From Bacteroidales bacterium (lineage in GTDB: Bacteria; Bacteroidota; Bacteroidia; Bacteroidales; UBA3663), in the NCBI GenBank assembly GCA_045576355.1, contig JAZNGG010000015.1:9123-73122 (forward strand): a stretch of 64,000 bases of DNA, written 5' to 3'. Under the pieces are notes generated by a model. It saw nothing but the letters and a program-made list of their open reading frames with translations. It did not search any database and had not been told where the DNA came from. Shown in pieces: positions 16,740 through 24,381 of the stretch. The translations under genes and the position numbers were made by a program. Numbering within the stretch: position 1 is the stretch's first letter; each line of letters opens with the position of its first letter.

Positions 16740-17279
16740 ATGTCAAACAAATTGAAAGGAACAAAGACTGAAGCAAACTTGATGAAGGCATTTGCCGGTG
16801 AATCACAGGCTCGTAACAAGTACACTTACTATGCATCTCGCGCTAAGAAAGATGGTTTCGAACAGATCGCTGCCCTCTTCCAGGAGACTGCTGATCAGGA
16901 GAAAGAACACGCAAAGATGTGGTTTAAGTTCTTCCACGGCATTGGTGACACTGAGCAGAACCTCCTTGATGCTGCACAGGGCGAGAACGATGAGTGGACA
17001 GATATGTATCCTACTATGGCTAAAGAGGCTCGTGAAGAAGGCTTCAATGACATCGCCGACATGTTTGAATTGGTAGCTGCTGTCGAGAAAGCTCACGAGG
17101 AGCGTTATCGCAAACTTCTTGCCAACGTGGCAGGCAAACTCGTCTTCACTCGCGATGGAGACTGCATCTGGCAGTGCCGCAACTGCGGACACCTCCATGT
17201 AGGTAAAGAGGCTCCGAAAGTTTGCCCAACTTGCAAGCACCCACAGGCTTACTTCCAGTTGAAGGCTGAAAACTATTGA
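16740..17279 (+). CDS. rbr: Rubrerythrin
   Basis: Start trimmed to [32 protein letters not shown] (diiron four-helix bundle). The C-terminus is a rubredoxin-like WQCRNCGH...CPTCKHPQ. Confidence 0.9.
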   Translation: MSNKLKGTKTEANLMKAFAGESQARNKYTYYASRAKKDGFEQIAALFQETADQEKEHAKMWFKFFHGIGDTEQNLLDAAQGENDEWTDMYPTMAKEAREEGFNDIADMFELVAAVEKAHEERYRKLLANVAGKLVFTRDGDCIWQCRNCGHLHVGKEAPKVCPTCKHPQAYFQLKAENY

Positions 17280-17291
17280 TATTCACTGATA

Positions 17292-17333
17292 AAATAAACG
17301 GCAGCATCATCGAGATGCTGCCGTTTATTTTAT
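17292..17333 (+). terminator. Intrinsic terminator after rbr (17-bp stem plus T-run)
   Basis: AAATAAACGGCAGCATC, loop atcga, GATGCTGCCGTTTATTT, followed by TAT. Confidence 0.8.
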
Positions 17334-17334
17334 T

Positions 17335-17570
17335 GGTTTAGGAGTTGAGGGGTTGAGGAGTTTAGGGGCTGCGCCCCACTATGGCTGGGACTTCGTCCAC
17401 TATGACTGATGGCGATGGCTGGGGCAAAGCCCACTATGGCTGATGGCGATGGCTATGGCTTTCCACTTTTCGCTGTTCTCTTTTCTCTTGGAATATGGCG
17501 TTGTTTTCATCTTTCCTCTTTCCTCTTTTCTCTTTCCTCTGTACTGTCATATTTTTTTCTCACACAGAAA
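17335..17570. repeat. Mosaic intergenic repeat locus R5 (reverse orientation)
   Basis: GGTTTAGG/GTTGAGG heptamers, GGGGCTGCGCCCC, GGGACTTCGTCC, GGGGCAAAGCCC and CTATGGCTGATGGCGATGGC units, then a CT-rich tract and GTACTGTCATATTTTTTTCTCACACAGAA. It abuts the fmt stop codon. Confidence 0.85.
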
Positions 17571-17581
17571 TGCCAAGGCCT

Positions 17582-18571
17582 TCAACCGACAAAGTCCCAC
17601 GGACTCCAGCCATTGAGCAGCGAACGGATATCCATCCGTTTCTTGCCGGGCAACTGCACTTCAGTCAAGGCCAATACTCCATCGGCACAATGCAGATGCA
17701 GATAACTCTTACCATCACTCTCCACCTGCCCGACCCGAGCAGTATTATCTCTACCCTCACTGATCACCTTGGCAGCATAAACCTTAATCACCAACTTCTC
17801 ACCGGAAGAGGAGACCAATTCGGTCCACGCAGCCGGATATGGAGAGAGTCCACGTACCTTATTATATATATGTATCGCCGTATCGCTCCAATCGAGCCGA
17901 CACGTCTCTTTAAAAATCTTAGGAGCCGGACGCAACTCTGTCTGATCGTCATAGAGCGTAGTCTGATCGATCGTTTCAATGCGAGAGACATCTCCGTCAG
18001 CCTCCAATAGGAGATCGACAGTCCGCGTCACCAATCCCTTACCCATCATCATCATACGGTCATGTACCGAACCGACATTCTCGTCCGGAGCGATCGGAAG
18101 TTCCTCCTTTAAGATGATTCGTCCGGTATCTATCTCATGATCTAAGAAAAAAGTTGTGGCACCGGTCACACGATCCCCATTGATTACTGCCCAATTGATC
18201 GGAGCAGCTCCACGATATTGCGGAAGGAGTGCTGCGTGAAGATTGAATGTGCCCATGCGGGGCATATCCCACACCACTTCGGGCAACATCCTAAATGCTA
18301 CGACGATCTGCAAATCGGCTTTCCAGGATCGCAATGCCTCCAAAAAGTCCGGATCTTTAAGTTTCTCGGGTTGCAAAAGGGGCAGATCATGCGCCAAGGC
18401 ATACTCCTTGACCGGTGAAAACTGCAACTTGTGCCCTCGCCCTGCCGGCTTATCGGGCATCGTAATAACCCCTACGACATTATACCCTCCGGTGACCAAC
18501 GCATCAAGTGTCGGCACGGCAAATTCGGGTGTCCCCATATAGACTATCCTTAAATCCTCCTTTTGCATCAT
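17582..18571 (-). CDS. fmt: Methionyl-tRNA formyltransferase
   Basis: Start trimmed to MMQKEDLRIVYMGTPEFAVPTLDAL. Contains HAALLPQYRGAAPINWAVINGD. Confidence 0.9.
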   Translation of the reverse strand: MMQKEDLRIVYMGTPEFAVPTLDALVTGGYNVVGVITMPDKPAGRGHKLQFSPVKEYALAHDLPLLQPEKLKDPDFLEALRSWKADLQIVVAFRMLPEVVWDMPRMGTFNLHAALLPQYRGAAPINWAVINGDRVTGATTFFLDHEIDTGRIILKEELPIAPDENVGSVHDRMMMMGKGLVTRTVDLLLEADGDVSRIETIDQTTLYDDQTELRPAPKIFKETCRLDWSDTAIHIYNKVRGLSPYPAAWTELVSSSGEKLVIKVYAAKVISEGRDNTARVGQVESDGKSYLHLHCADGVLALTEVQLPGKKRMDIRSLLNGWSPWDFVG

Positions 18572-18699
18572 TATCTTACTCGTTTTAACAGGTGTGCACC
18601 ACCTAAATAACAAAAAATAGCGGTTTACTCAGGCAAATATAGCACACTCTTATGGTTTTTCCAAAGAAATCGATGAGTTCTTATTCGTAAGGGCGATAG

Positions 18700-18895
18700 T
18701 TAGGGGGTGCAGCCCTTAAAGCCGCTAAACGCATGACCGAAGGGAATAGATAACGCACGCTATAGCTTGCGTTTCCCCTCCGGAAGTGAAGCTCCGGGAA
18801 GCAGTTGCGCCCTGCGAGATCTGTGCGCTCGTGCAAAAAAATGGCGTACTTTTTAAAGAGAAAAAGTGAAAGCCATCTGCCATCGCCATTAGTTA
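18700..18895. repeat. Mosaic repeat locus R6a
   Basis: GGGGGTGCAGCCCTTAAAGCC, ACGCATGACCGAAGGGAATAGATAACGCACG, the hairpin ACGCA...TGCGT, GTGCAAAAAAATGGCGTAC, a GA tract and GCCATCTGCCATCGCC. These are related to modules at 19590-19760. Confidence 0.75.
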
Positions 18896-18991
18896 AAGTT
18901 TAAAAAATATTAACGCTCCATTGCCATCTCAGTTTGACAATTAAGGAGACGTCGGGCGAAGTTTTTAGGAAAAATGAAACAAGAAAAAATT

Positions 18992-19190
18992 TTCACTCAT
19001 CGGCTCGCGTAAGATCACGGATCGGCACGTGTTGTTTCACGCGTCGAGTCTCGTTACATAACGCGTCGAGTCTCGTTGCATAACACGTCGGCATGTGTTT
19101 AAACACGCGTAGCCTTGTTGCATGATTCGCGTAGCCTTGTTATGTCATGAGGGTAGCCTTGTTACGTCATGAGGGTAGCCACTTCAAACA
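18992..19190. repeat. 22-bp-period minisatellite, array B (about 8-9 units)
   Basis: The + strand units include TCACGCGTCGAGTCTCGTTACA, TAACGCGTCGAGTCTCGTTGCA, TAACACGTCGGCATGTGTTTAA, ACACGCGTAGCCTTGTTGCATG, ATTCGCGTAGCCTTGTTATGTC, ATGAGGGTAGCCTTGTTACGTC and ATGAGGGTAGCCACTTCAAACA. Confidence 0.85.
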
Positions 19191-19254
19191 CTTAAACCTA
19201 TGTTTTGTCTCACTCGAACCTATGAATTTTAGTGGGATAACAGAGTGTGAAGAC

Positions 19255-19356
19255 AAAAAAAAGATGAAGCATCGAAACATGGAGGGCGATTCACCCTATG
19301 ACGTCTCAACGCTTCATCGTTTACTACCCCTAAACTTGGGGTAATCACCAAAAATA
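19255..19356 (-). ncRNA. Candidate small RNA B (about 100 nt), paralog of candidate A
   Basis: Read on the minus strand: hairpin 19318-19263 (GATGAAGCGTTGAGACGTCATAGGGTGAATCGCCCTCCATGTTTCGATGCTTCATC) followed by T8 (19262-19255). The 5' segment differs from copy A. Confidence 0.4.
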
Positions 19357-19361
19357 TAATA

Positions 19362-19392
19362 CAAAGATACAACAATCAAAAGCCGATGTCAA
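19362..19392 (-). promoter_or_regulatory. Bacteroides-type promoter of candidate sRNA B
   Basis: Read on the minus strand: TTGACA (19392-19387) and TAtcTTTG (19369-19362). The block is nearly identical to 5671-5701. Confidence 0.5.
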
Positions 19393-19575
19393 GAGGGGAA
19401 AAGTTTTTTTAACAATTCGGTGCTGCGGCGAAAGAACAGAGAACAGAGGAAAGAGGAAAGATGAAAGGAGAAAGGAGAAAACGGATAGCCATAGTGGACG
19501 AAGTCCCTAAGCCATCTGCCATCGCCAATAGCCATAGTGGGCTTTGCCCCAGCAATAGCGGAGAATGATTTGGTA

Positions 19576-19728
19576 TTTTTGCACACAGAAGACACAGAAC
19601 CCGCGTAGCACACGACCGAAGGAAATAACACACAGAGCGCACATGTTTCGCAGTGCTTCCCTTCCGGATGGTAAACGCAAGCGTAAGCGTGCGTTTTCTG
19701 TGTATTTTATGTATTCTGTGTGCAAAAA
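19576..19728. repeat. 153-bp unit bounded by 15-bp inverted repeats
   Basis: TTTTTGCACACAGAA (19576-19590) pairs with TTCTGTGTGCAAAAA (19714-19728). An internal hairpin ACGCAAGC-GTAA-GCGTGCGT is present. Confidence 0.75.
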
Positions 19729-19833
19729 AAATGACAGTACAAAGAAAAGAGAAAAGAGAAAAGAGGAAAGGAGAAAACAAAGCAATCTGCCATAGTGGGC
19801 TTTGCCCCAGCAATAGCGGAGAATGACTTGGTA

Positions 19834-20018
19834 TTTTTGCACACAGAAAACACAGAACCCGCGTAGCCCACGACCAAAGGGAGTAAGACACAGACCACGC
19901 GTAGCACACGACCGAAGGAAATAACACACAGAGCGCACATGTTTCGCAGTGCTTCCATTCCGGATGGTAAACGCAAGCGTAAGCGTGCGTTTTCTGTGTA
20001 TTTTGTGTATTCTGTGTG
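19834..20018. repeat. Second inverted-repeat-bounded unit (with a roughly 30-bp internal duplication)
   Basis: TTTTTGCACACAGAA (19834-19848) pairs with TTCTGTGTG (20010-20018). The CGCGTAGCxCACGACCxAAG word is duplicated inside. Confidence 0.7.
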
Positions 20019-20400
20019 AGACAAAAACTGTAGAAGACGGCTTTAAGGGCTAAAAAAGGCAAAAAGGGCAAAAAGGCATCCAACCAACCGCATAGTAATA
20101 ACAAGAGTACAGAGAAAAGTGAAAGGAGAAAGGAGAAAGGAGAAAACAAAGCCATCTGCCATCGCCATCAGCCATAGTGGGGCGCAGCCCCTAAACTCCT
20201 CAACCCCTAAACCCCTAAACCAAACAGGGCGCAGCCCTAAACTCCTCAACCAACCACAAATCATTTTCAGTAAATATACACATTTTATGCGCCATAAATA
20301 TAAATTTCATACGTTTTCTGTATCTTTTTCCCATTATTTTGCTATTTTACCAAAAATTCTGCTTATTTTTGCGCCATTGATTAAAAAACTTTATGATGCT

Positions 20401-21894
20401 ATGGTTACTTATCCAGTCTTAACTGCCGAAGAGGCAGCTCGCTTAATCCAACACAACGACACGATCGGAATCGGAGGATTCTCCTCTGTCGGAACGCCCA
20501 AAGCCATTCCGGCAGCATTAGCAACATACGCGAAACAACAGCATGAAGCAGGCAAAGAGTTTCAAATCGGGCTCATCACTGGAGGTGCCACCGGCAACCC
20601 CATCGACACAGCCCTCGCAGAGGCAAAGGCTGTCAAATTTCGCACCCCATTCCAGTCCAATAAAGAGATGCGCAATGCCATCAACCGTGGCGAAGTGCAA
20701 TATTTCGACCTCCACCTCTCAATGATCGGGCAGGATGTCCACTACGGTTTCCTCGGCAAGATCGACGTGGCTATCGTCGAAGCATCAGCCATCACTCCTG
20801 ACGGAGGGATCATCCTCAGCACATCAGTAGGCATCGCCCCCACTCTCGTGGAGAAAGCGGACAAAGTGCTTATCGAACTCAATGACTATCACGCCGGCAA
20901 ACTGACCGGCATGCACGATATCTACATCCCGGAGTGTCCTCCTCATCGCAAGCCGATCGCCATCTGTCATCCCGGCGAGCGCATCGGTACCCCGGACATC
21001 AAGGTCGATCCGCGCAAGGTGATCGGTGTTGTCAAGACATGTGATCGAGACAACCTCGCACCATTCACCCCACTCAATCGGGAGACACAGCAGATCGGAT
21101 ACAACGTCGCTGCATTCCTCTCTGCCGAACTCAAGCGCGGAGGCATCCCTAAGGAATTTCTCCCACTGCAAAGCGGCGTGGGCAACATTGCCAATGCCGT
21201 ACTCGGAGCATTGGGCGATGACGACTCTCTCCCTCCCTTCTCGATGTACACCGAAGTGATACAAAACTCAGTCATCGATCTGATGAAGAAAGGTCGTTGC
21301 GAGTATGTCACCGGCAGTTCGCTCACACTCGACGAGGAGAAACTCGACGAGATGTATAGCAACATGGACTTCTTCGGCAAGCGCGTATTGCTCCGTCCGC
21401 AGGAGATCACTAACCACCCGGAGGTGATCCGTCGTCTCGGCATCATCGCTGTCAATACCGCCTTGGAGATGGACATCTTTGGCAATGTCAATTCGACCCA
21501 TGTCCTCGGCACAAAGATGATGAACGGCATCGGCGGTTCGGCAGATTTCGCCCGCAATGCCTATCTCTCCATCTTCACCACTCCCTCGACAGCCAAGGGA
21601 GGACTCATCTCCTCCGTCGTGCCGATGGTTTCTCACGTCGATAGTTCAGAACACTCCGTCCGTGTCGTGGTGACCGAACAGGGAGTGGCAGACCTGCGCG
21701 GCAAGTCTCCGGCTCAGAGAGCGCGTTGCATCATCGAAAACTGTGCCCATCCGGACTATAAAGAGTTGCTCTGGGACTTCTTAAGACTCTCAGAGGGGAA
21801 AGGTTATCATACCCCCACCTCACTCAGCAATGCTTTCCGGATGCACCTTGCATTTGAAGAGACCGGAGACATGCGCAACACCCAGTTTATCTGA
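20401..21894 (+). CDS. Acetyl-CoA hydrolase/transferase family protein (succinate/acetate CoA-transferase type)
   Basis: Start trimmed to MVTYPVLTAEEAARLIQHNDTIGIGGFS; the upstream part of the track ORF runs into the repeat. Contains SGVGNIANAVL and EMDIFGNVNSTHVLGTKMMNGIGGSADFARNA. Confidence 0.85.
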   Translation: MVTYPVLTAEEAARLIQHNDTIGIGGFSSVGTPKAIPAALATYAKQQHEAGKEFQIGLITGGATGNPIDTALAEAKAVKFRTPFQSNKEMRNAINRGEVQYFDLHLSMIGQDVHYGFLGKIDVAIVEASAITPDGGIILSTSVGIAPTLVEKADKVLIELNDYHAGKLTGMHDIYIPECPPHRKPIAICHPGERIGTPDIKVDPRKVIGVVKTCDRDNLAPFTPLNRETQQIGYNVAAFLSAELKRGGIPKEFLPLQSGVGNIANAVLGALGDDDSLPPFSMYTEVIQNSVIDLMKKGRCEYVTGSSLTLDEEKLDEMYSNMDFFGKRVLLRPQEITNHPEVIRRLGIIAVNTALEMDIFGNVNSTHVLGTKMMNGIGGSADFARNAYLSIFTTPSTAKGGLISSVVPMVSHVDSSEHSVRVVVTEQGVADLRGKSPAQRARCIIENCAHPDYKELLWDFLRLSEGKGYHTPTSLSNAFRMHLAFEETGDMRNTQFI

Positions 21895-22096
21895 CACTCC
21901 GCAGAGAGTTCTCCCATGACCGATTGGGGATAAAACATAGGTGGTTTACACCATTAAAATAGTATGTCTATGAGGGTGGTAAATGGATACGTGTCGATGG
22001 CAGTGGTACTATAAACATCAAAGCTATCAAGTACGATAGGATTTAAGATTTCTACTTAAATAATAGGTCGTTATACTTGATTTCAGATAAAAGCAG

Positions 22097-22104
22097 TATC
22101 TTTG
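22097..22104 (+). promoter_or_regulatory. -7 promoter box (TAtcTTTG) ending only 4 nt before the yhcG-like ATG
   Basis: GCAGTATCTTTGCACTATG. This implies a leaderless or near-leaderless mRNA, or use of Met4. Confidence 0.45.
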
Positions 22105-22108
22105 CACT

Positions 22109-23164
22109 ATGAAACAGATGCAGATTCATAATAGCACAGATATTATTGCCGATATTAAGCAGATTATCGATCAAGCGAGAAAACAAGCATACACTTCGAT
22201 TAACACATTGATGATACAATCGAATTGGTTGGTGGGTCGTCGTATTGTGGAGGAAGAACAAGGTGGAGCTTCACGAGCTGAATATGGCAAGGCTCTGCTG
22301 AAGAATCTTGCCACCGAGTTGATGCCGATATACGGCAATTCATATTCAGCCCGTCGCTTGCAGGATTATCGTCAATTCTATCTTTATTGCAAGGATATAG
22401 AGAATTGGCACACGCGAGTGCCAAATCTTACTTGGACACATTATCGTGAATTGCTTACGGTTAGCGATGAGACTGCTCGTCAATGGTATATGCAGGAGGC
22501 AGCCAAAGAAATGTGGAGCGTCCGCACTCTTCACCGCAATATATCATCGCAATACTATTATCGTTTGTTGCAATCGCAAACAAAGGATGTGGTAATCGAT
22601 GAGATGAAACAGATTACAGCACCTATGCAGGGTGACAAGTTGGAGTTTATCAAGAATCCTGTTGTTGCAGAGTTTTTAGGGCTGGCTCCGAATACAAAAT
22701 TCTCTGAAACTGAATTGGAGAGTGCCATAATCACCCATCTTCAGAAATTCATTATGGAATTGGGGAAAGGTTATGCCTTTGTTGCTCGTCAACAACATAT
22801 CCGAACAGATATGGGCGACTTCTATATCGACCTCGTGTTCTACAACTACATTCTCAAATGCTTTATGCTTGTTGATTTGAAAACAGAGCAAATAAGTCAT
22901 CAAGATGTAGGGCAGATGGACATGTATATCAGAATGTACGATGAGTTGAAACGAACGGAGGGCGATAATCCGACAATCGGACTTATCCTTTGCTCTCGTA
23001 CAAGTGAGGATATGGCACGATACTCTATGCTTAAAGATAATGATCGATTGTTTCAAGCAAAATATCTCACATTCTTGCCAACAAAAGAGGAATTGACAAA
23101 TGAGATTGAGCGTCAAAAAATGATATTCAGATTGCAGCAAGAAAATGACACTCCCGAAGAATAA
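22109..23164 (+). CDS. PDDEXK nuclease domain protein, YhcG/DUF1016 family
   Basis: The N-terminal helical domain (NWLVGRRIVEEEQGGASRAEYGKALLKNLA...YRQFY) and the C-terminal PD-(D/E)xK core (FYIDLVFYNYILKCFMLVDLKTEQISHQDVGQMDMYI) are typical of DUF1016. Confidence 0.8.
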   Translation: MKQMQIHNSTDIIADIKQIIDQARKQAYTSINTLMIQSNWLVGRRIVEEEQGGASRAEYGKALLKNLATELMPIYGNSYSARRLQDYRQFYLYCKDIENWHTRVPNLTWTHYRELLTVSDETARQWYMQEAAKEMWSVRTLHRNISSQYYYRLLQSQTKDVVIDEMKQITAPMQGDKLEFIKNPVVAEFLGLAPNTKFSETELESAIITHLQKFIMELGKGYAFVARQQHIRTDMGDFYIDLVFYNYILKCFMLVDLKTEQISHQDVGQMDMYIRMYDELKRTEGDNPTIGLILCSRTSEDMARYSMLKDNDRLFQAKYLTFLPTKEELTNEIERQKMIFRLQQENDTPEE

Positions 23165-23384
23165 GTAATCGGGAGTGTTTCTGTATATGCGAAATAAATT
23201 TTGAGTGGCTTAGCTTTATTTAGGAAAATTGTTATACCTTTGTCGTACAAGAGTTATTTGAGAGTATTGCTACCGCAAACCGCAGAAATTCGCACGATTC
23301 CCAAATCGTTACCTCGCTCTTTTCAAAATAATTTCAAGTGTTCATTCTTCAAACGATTATATCAAATCGATGAAATATTTAAAT

Positions 23385-23426
23385 AAGAAGAGAGGCTGTG
23401 CCCCAACCGGCAAAGCCTCTCTTCTT
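23385..23426. terminator. 13-bp-stem hairpin shared by the convergent yhcG-like and CPBP genes
   Basis: AAGAAGAGAGGCT, a 16-nt loop, AGCCTCTCTTCTT. On the minus strand it is followed by ATTTAAATATTT, directly after the CPBP stop. Confidence 0.7.
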
Positions 23427-23429
23427 ATT

Positions 23430-24260
23430 TTAATCATCGGTGTCCGACTGAAACTCCTCTTTATAGGGCGGAGCTTCCGGCAAAGACTCTTTCAAATAAA
23501 AGTACATACCGACCATTATGACAAGCACACCGGCAAAGAGCAGGTAAGTCGATGTCACTCCTATATGGTCAATGATCTTAGTGCTATAATCCTCTTTAGA
23601 CATCGTCGCTGCCAAAATGGTAGCAATGCCATTATTGATGAAGTGTCCGATGATGCCGGGTACGACACTTCCCGTCCGATAATACAACCATCCGAATATC
23701 ATACCGATAGCAAAGGCAAACACGACTTGCGCAGGATTAAAATGAACGATGCCAAACACGGCTGAAGCAATCAAAATAGCATATATCGGCTTCATACCTC
23801 TCCTCAACAAATAACCTTGGATTGCTCCACGAAAAAGAAGTTCTTCGACAATCGGAGCCATAATAGCTATCGAAATGATGCCAAACACATCCCGACTCAT
23901 CGAAAATAAAGTATCCTGCATGTAATCGGGAAGTTCGAGAAACTCGCTACAAAGATTAAAAAATACCATCGAGGCTAATATGAATGGGATACTCAGCCCA
24001 ATCGTTTTACCCGAAACTTCTGAAAAACTCTTCAGATTAAATCTGACATATTTGAAATGAATGAGATGCCATACCATCGCGACACCGGACAACAACAAGG
24101 AAAGAGCGGTATAGGTTCCGGTATTAGCCGGATTGGAAAGCACCGCGAGGTCCCCTCCACTATTTACAAACTGAATCAAAAGAGTCGGAACAAGAATGAT
24201 CGCTGTAAAGAGAAACTGATAAAGGAAATAGTAAATGACTAATTTAATGGTTCGTAACAT
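23430..24260 (-). CDS. CPBP family intramembrane glutamic endopeptidase (CAAX protease/Abi-type)
   Basis: A multi-TM protein with the EELLFRG and HFINN motifs. Confidence 0.8.
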   Translation of the reverse strand: MLRTIKLVIYYFLYQFLFTAIILVPTLLIQFVNSGGDLAVLSNPANTGTYTALSLLLSGVAMVWHLIHFKYVRFNLKSFSEVSGKTIGLSIPFILASMVFFNLCSEFLELPDYMQDTLFSMSRDVFGIISIAIMAPIVEELLFRGAIQGYLLRRGMKPIYAILIASAVFGIVHFNPAQVVFAFAIGMIFGWLYYRTGSVVPGIIGHFINNGIATILAATMSKEDYSTKIIDHIGVTSTYLLFAGVLVIMVGMYFYLKESLPEAPPYKEEFQSDTDD

Positions 24261-24355
24261 AACTTATAGATATTGAATAGTTTACCAATGATTATTCTCA
24301 CAAAAGAATCTAAGAAATGACTTTGGAAAATCATTATCACCTTTTGTTTCAATTG

Positions 24356-24363
24356 CAAATATA
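24356..24363 (-). promoter_or_regulatory. -7 promoter box (TAtaTTTG) for the CPBP gene
   Basis: The reverse complement of CAAATATA, about 95 nt upstream of the ATG at 24260. Confidence 0.4.
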
Positions 24364-24381
24364 ACTACTTTCTCCTAATTG

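Larger units (their letters stand above)
18970..19413 (-). repeat. Dispersed composite element, copy B (inverted relative to copy A)
   Basis: The reverse complement aligns with 5650-6053. It has the same promoter block, hairpin, T-run, 22-bp array and terminal GAGCCGATGAGTGAAAATTTT. Confidence 0.7.
19428..20262. repeat. Mosaic repeat locus R6b (835 bp, composite)
   Basis: GA tracts, CCATAGTGGACGAAGTCCC, CCATAGTGGGCTTTGCCCC twice, two inverted-repeat-bounded units, CCATAGTGGGGCGCAGCCCC, and heptamers CTAAACTCCTCAACCCCTAAACCCCTAAACC. Confidence 0.85.

Noticed and set aside
19409-20155. Long ORFs (248, 143 and 105 aa) on the minus strand inside the repeat nest. Similar ORFs lie at 17409-18010, 15950-16144, 10344-10541 and 19565-19795.
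   Set aside because: The sequences are low-complexity translations of the tandem and mosaic repeats (FSPFSFLLS, PLWLLAMADG). They overlap one another in several frames, have no recognisable domains, and the same peptides appear wherever the repeat occurs in either orientation.
20119-20400. N-terminal extensions of track ORFs. These are 20119 for the CoA-transferase, 38565 for tyrS, 54941 for the pectinesterase, 53049 for dusB, 33640 for the lipoprotein, 16668 for rbr, 18613 for fmt and 38427 for the beta-helix protein.
   Set aside because: The extensions run into repeats or promoter regions and lack family conservation. Internal ATGs give canonical N-termini or proper signal peptides, so the starts were trimmed by codon counting.
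23201-23386. 61-aa ORF, or an sRNA, in the spacer between the yhcG-like and CPBP genes. A TAccTTTG box lies near 23234 and the terminator hairpin at 23385-23426.
   Set aside because: The ORF starts at a non-ATG codon and has no recognisable features. The hairpin is explained as the shared terminator of the two convergent genes. A promoter box alone is insufficient for an sRNA call.
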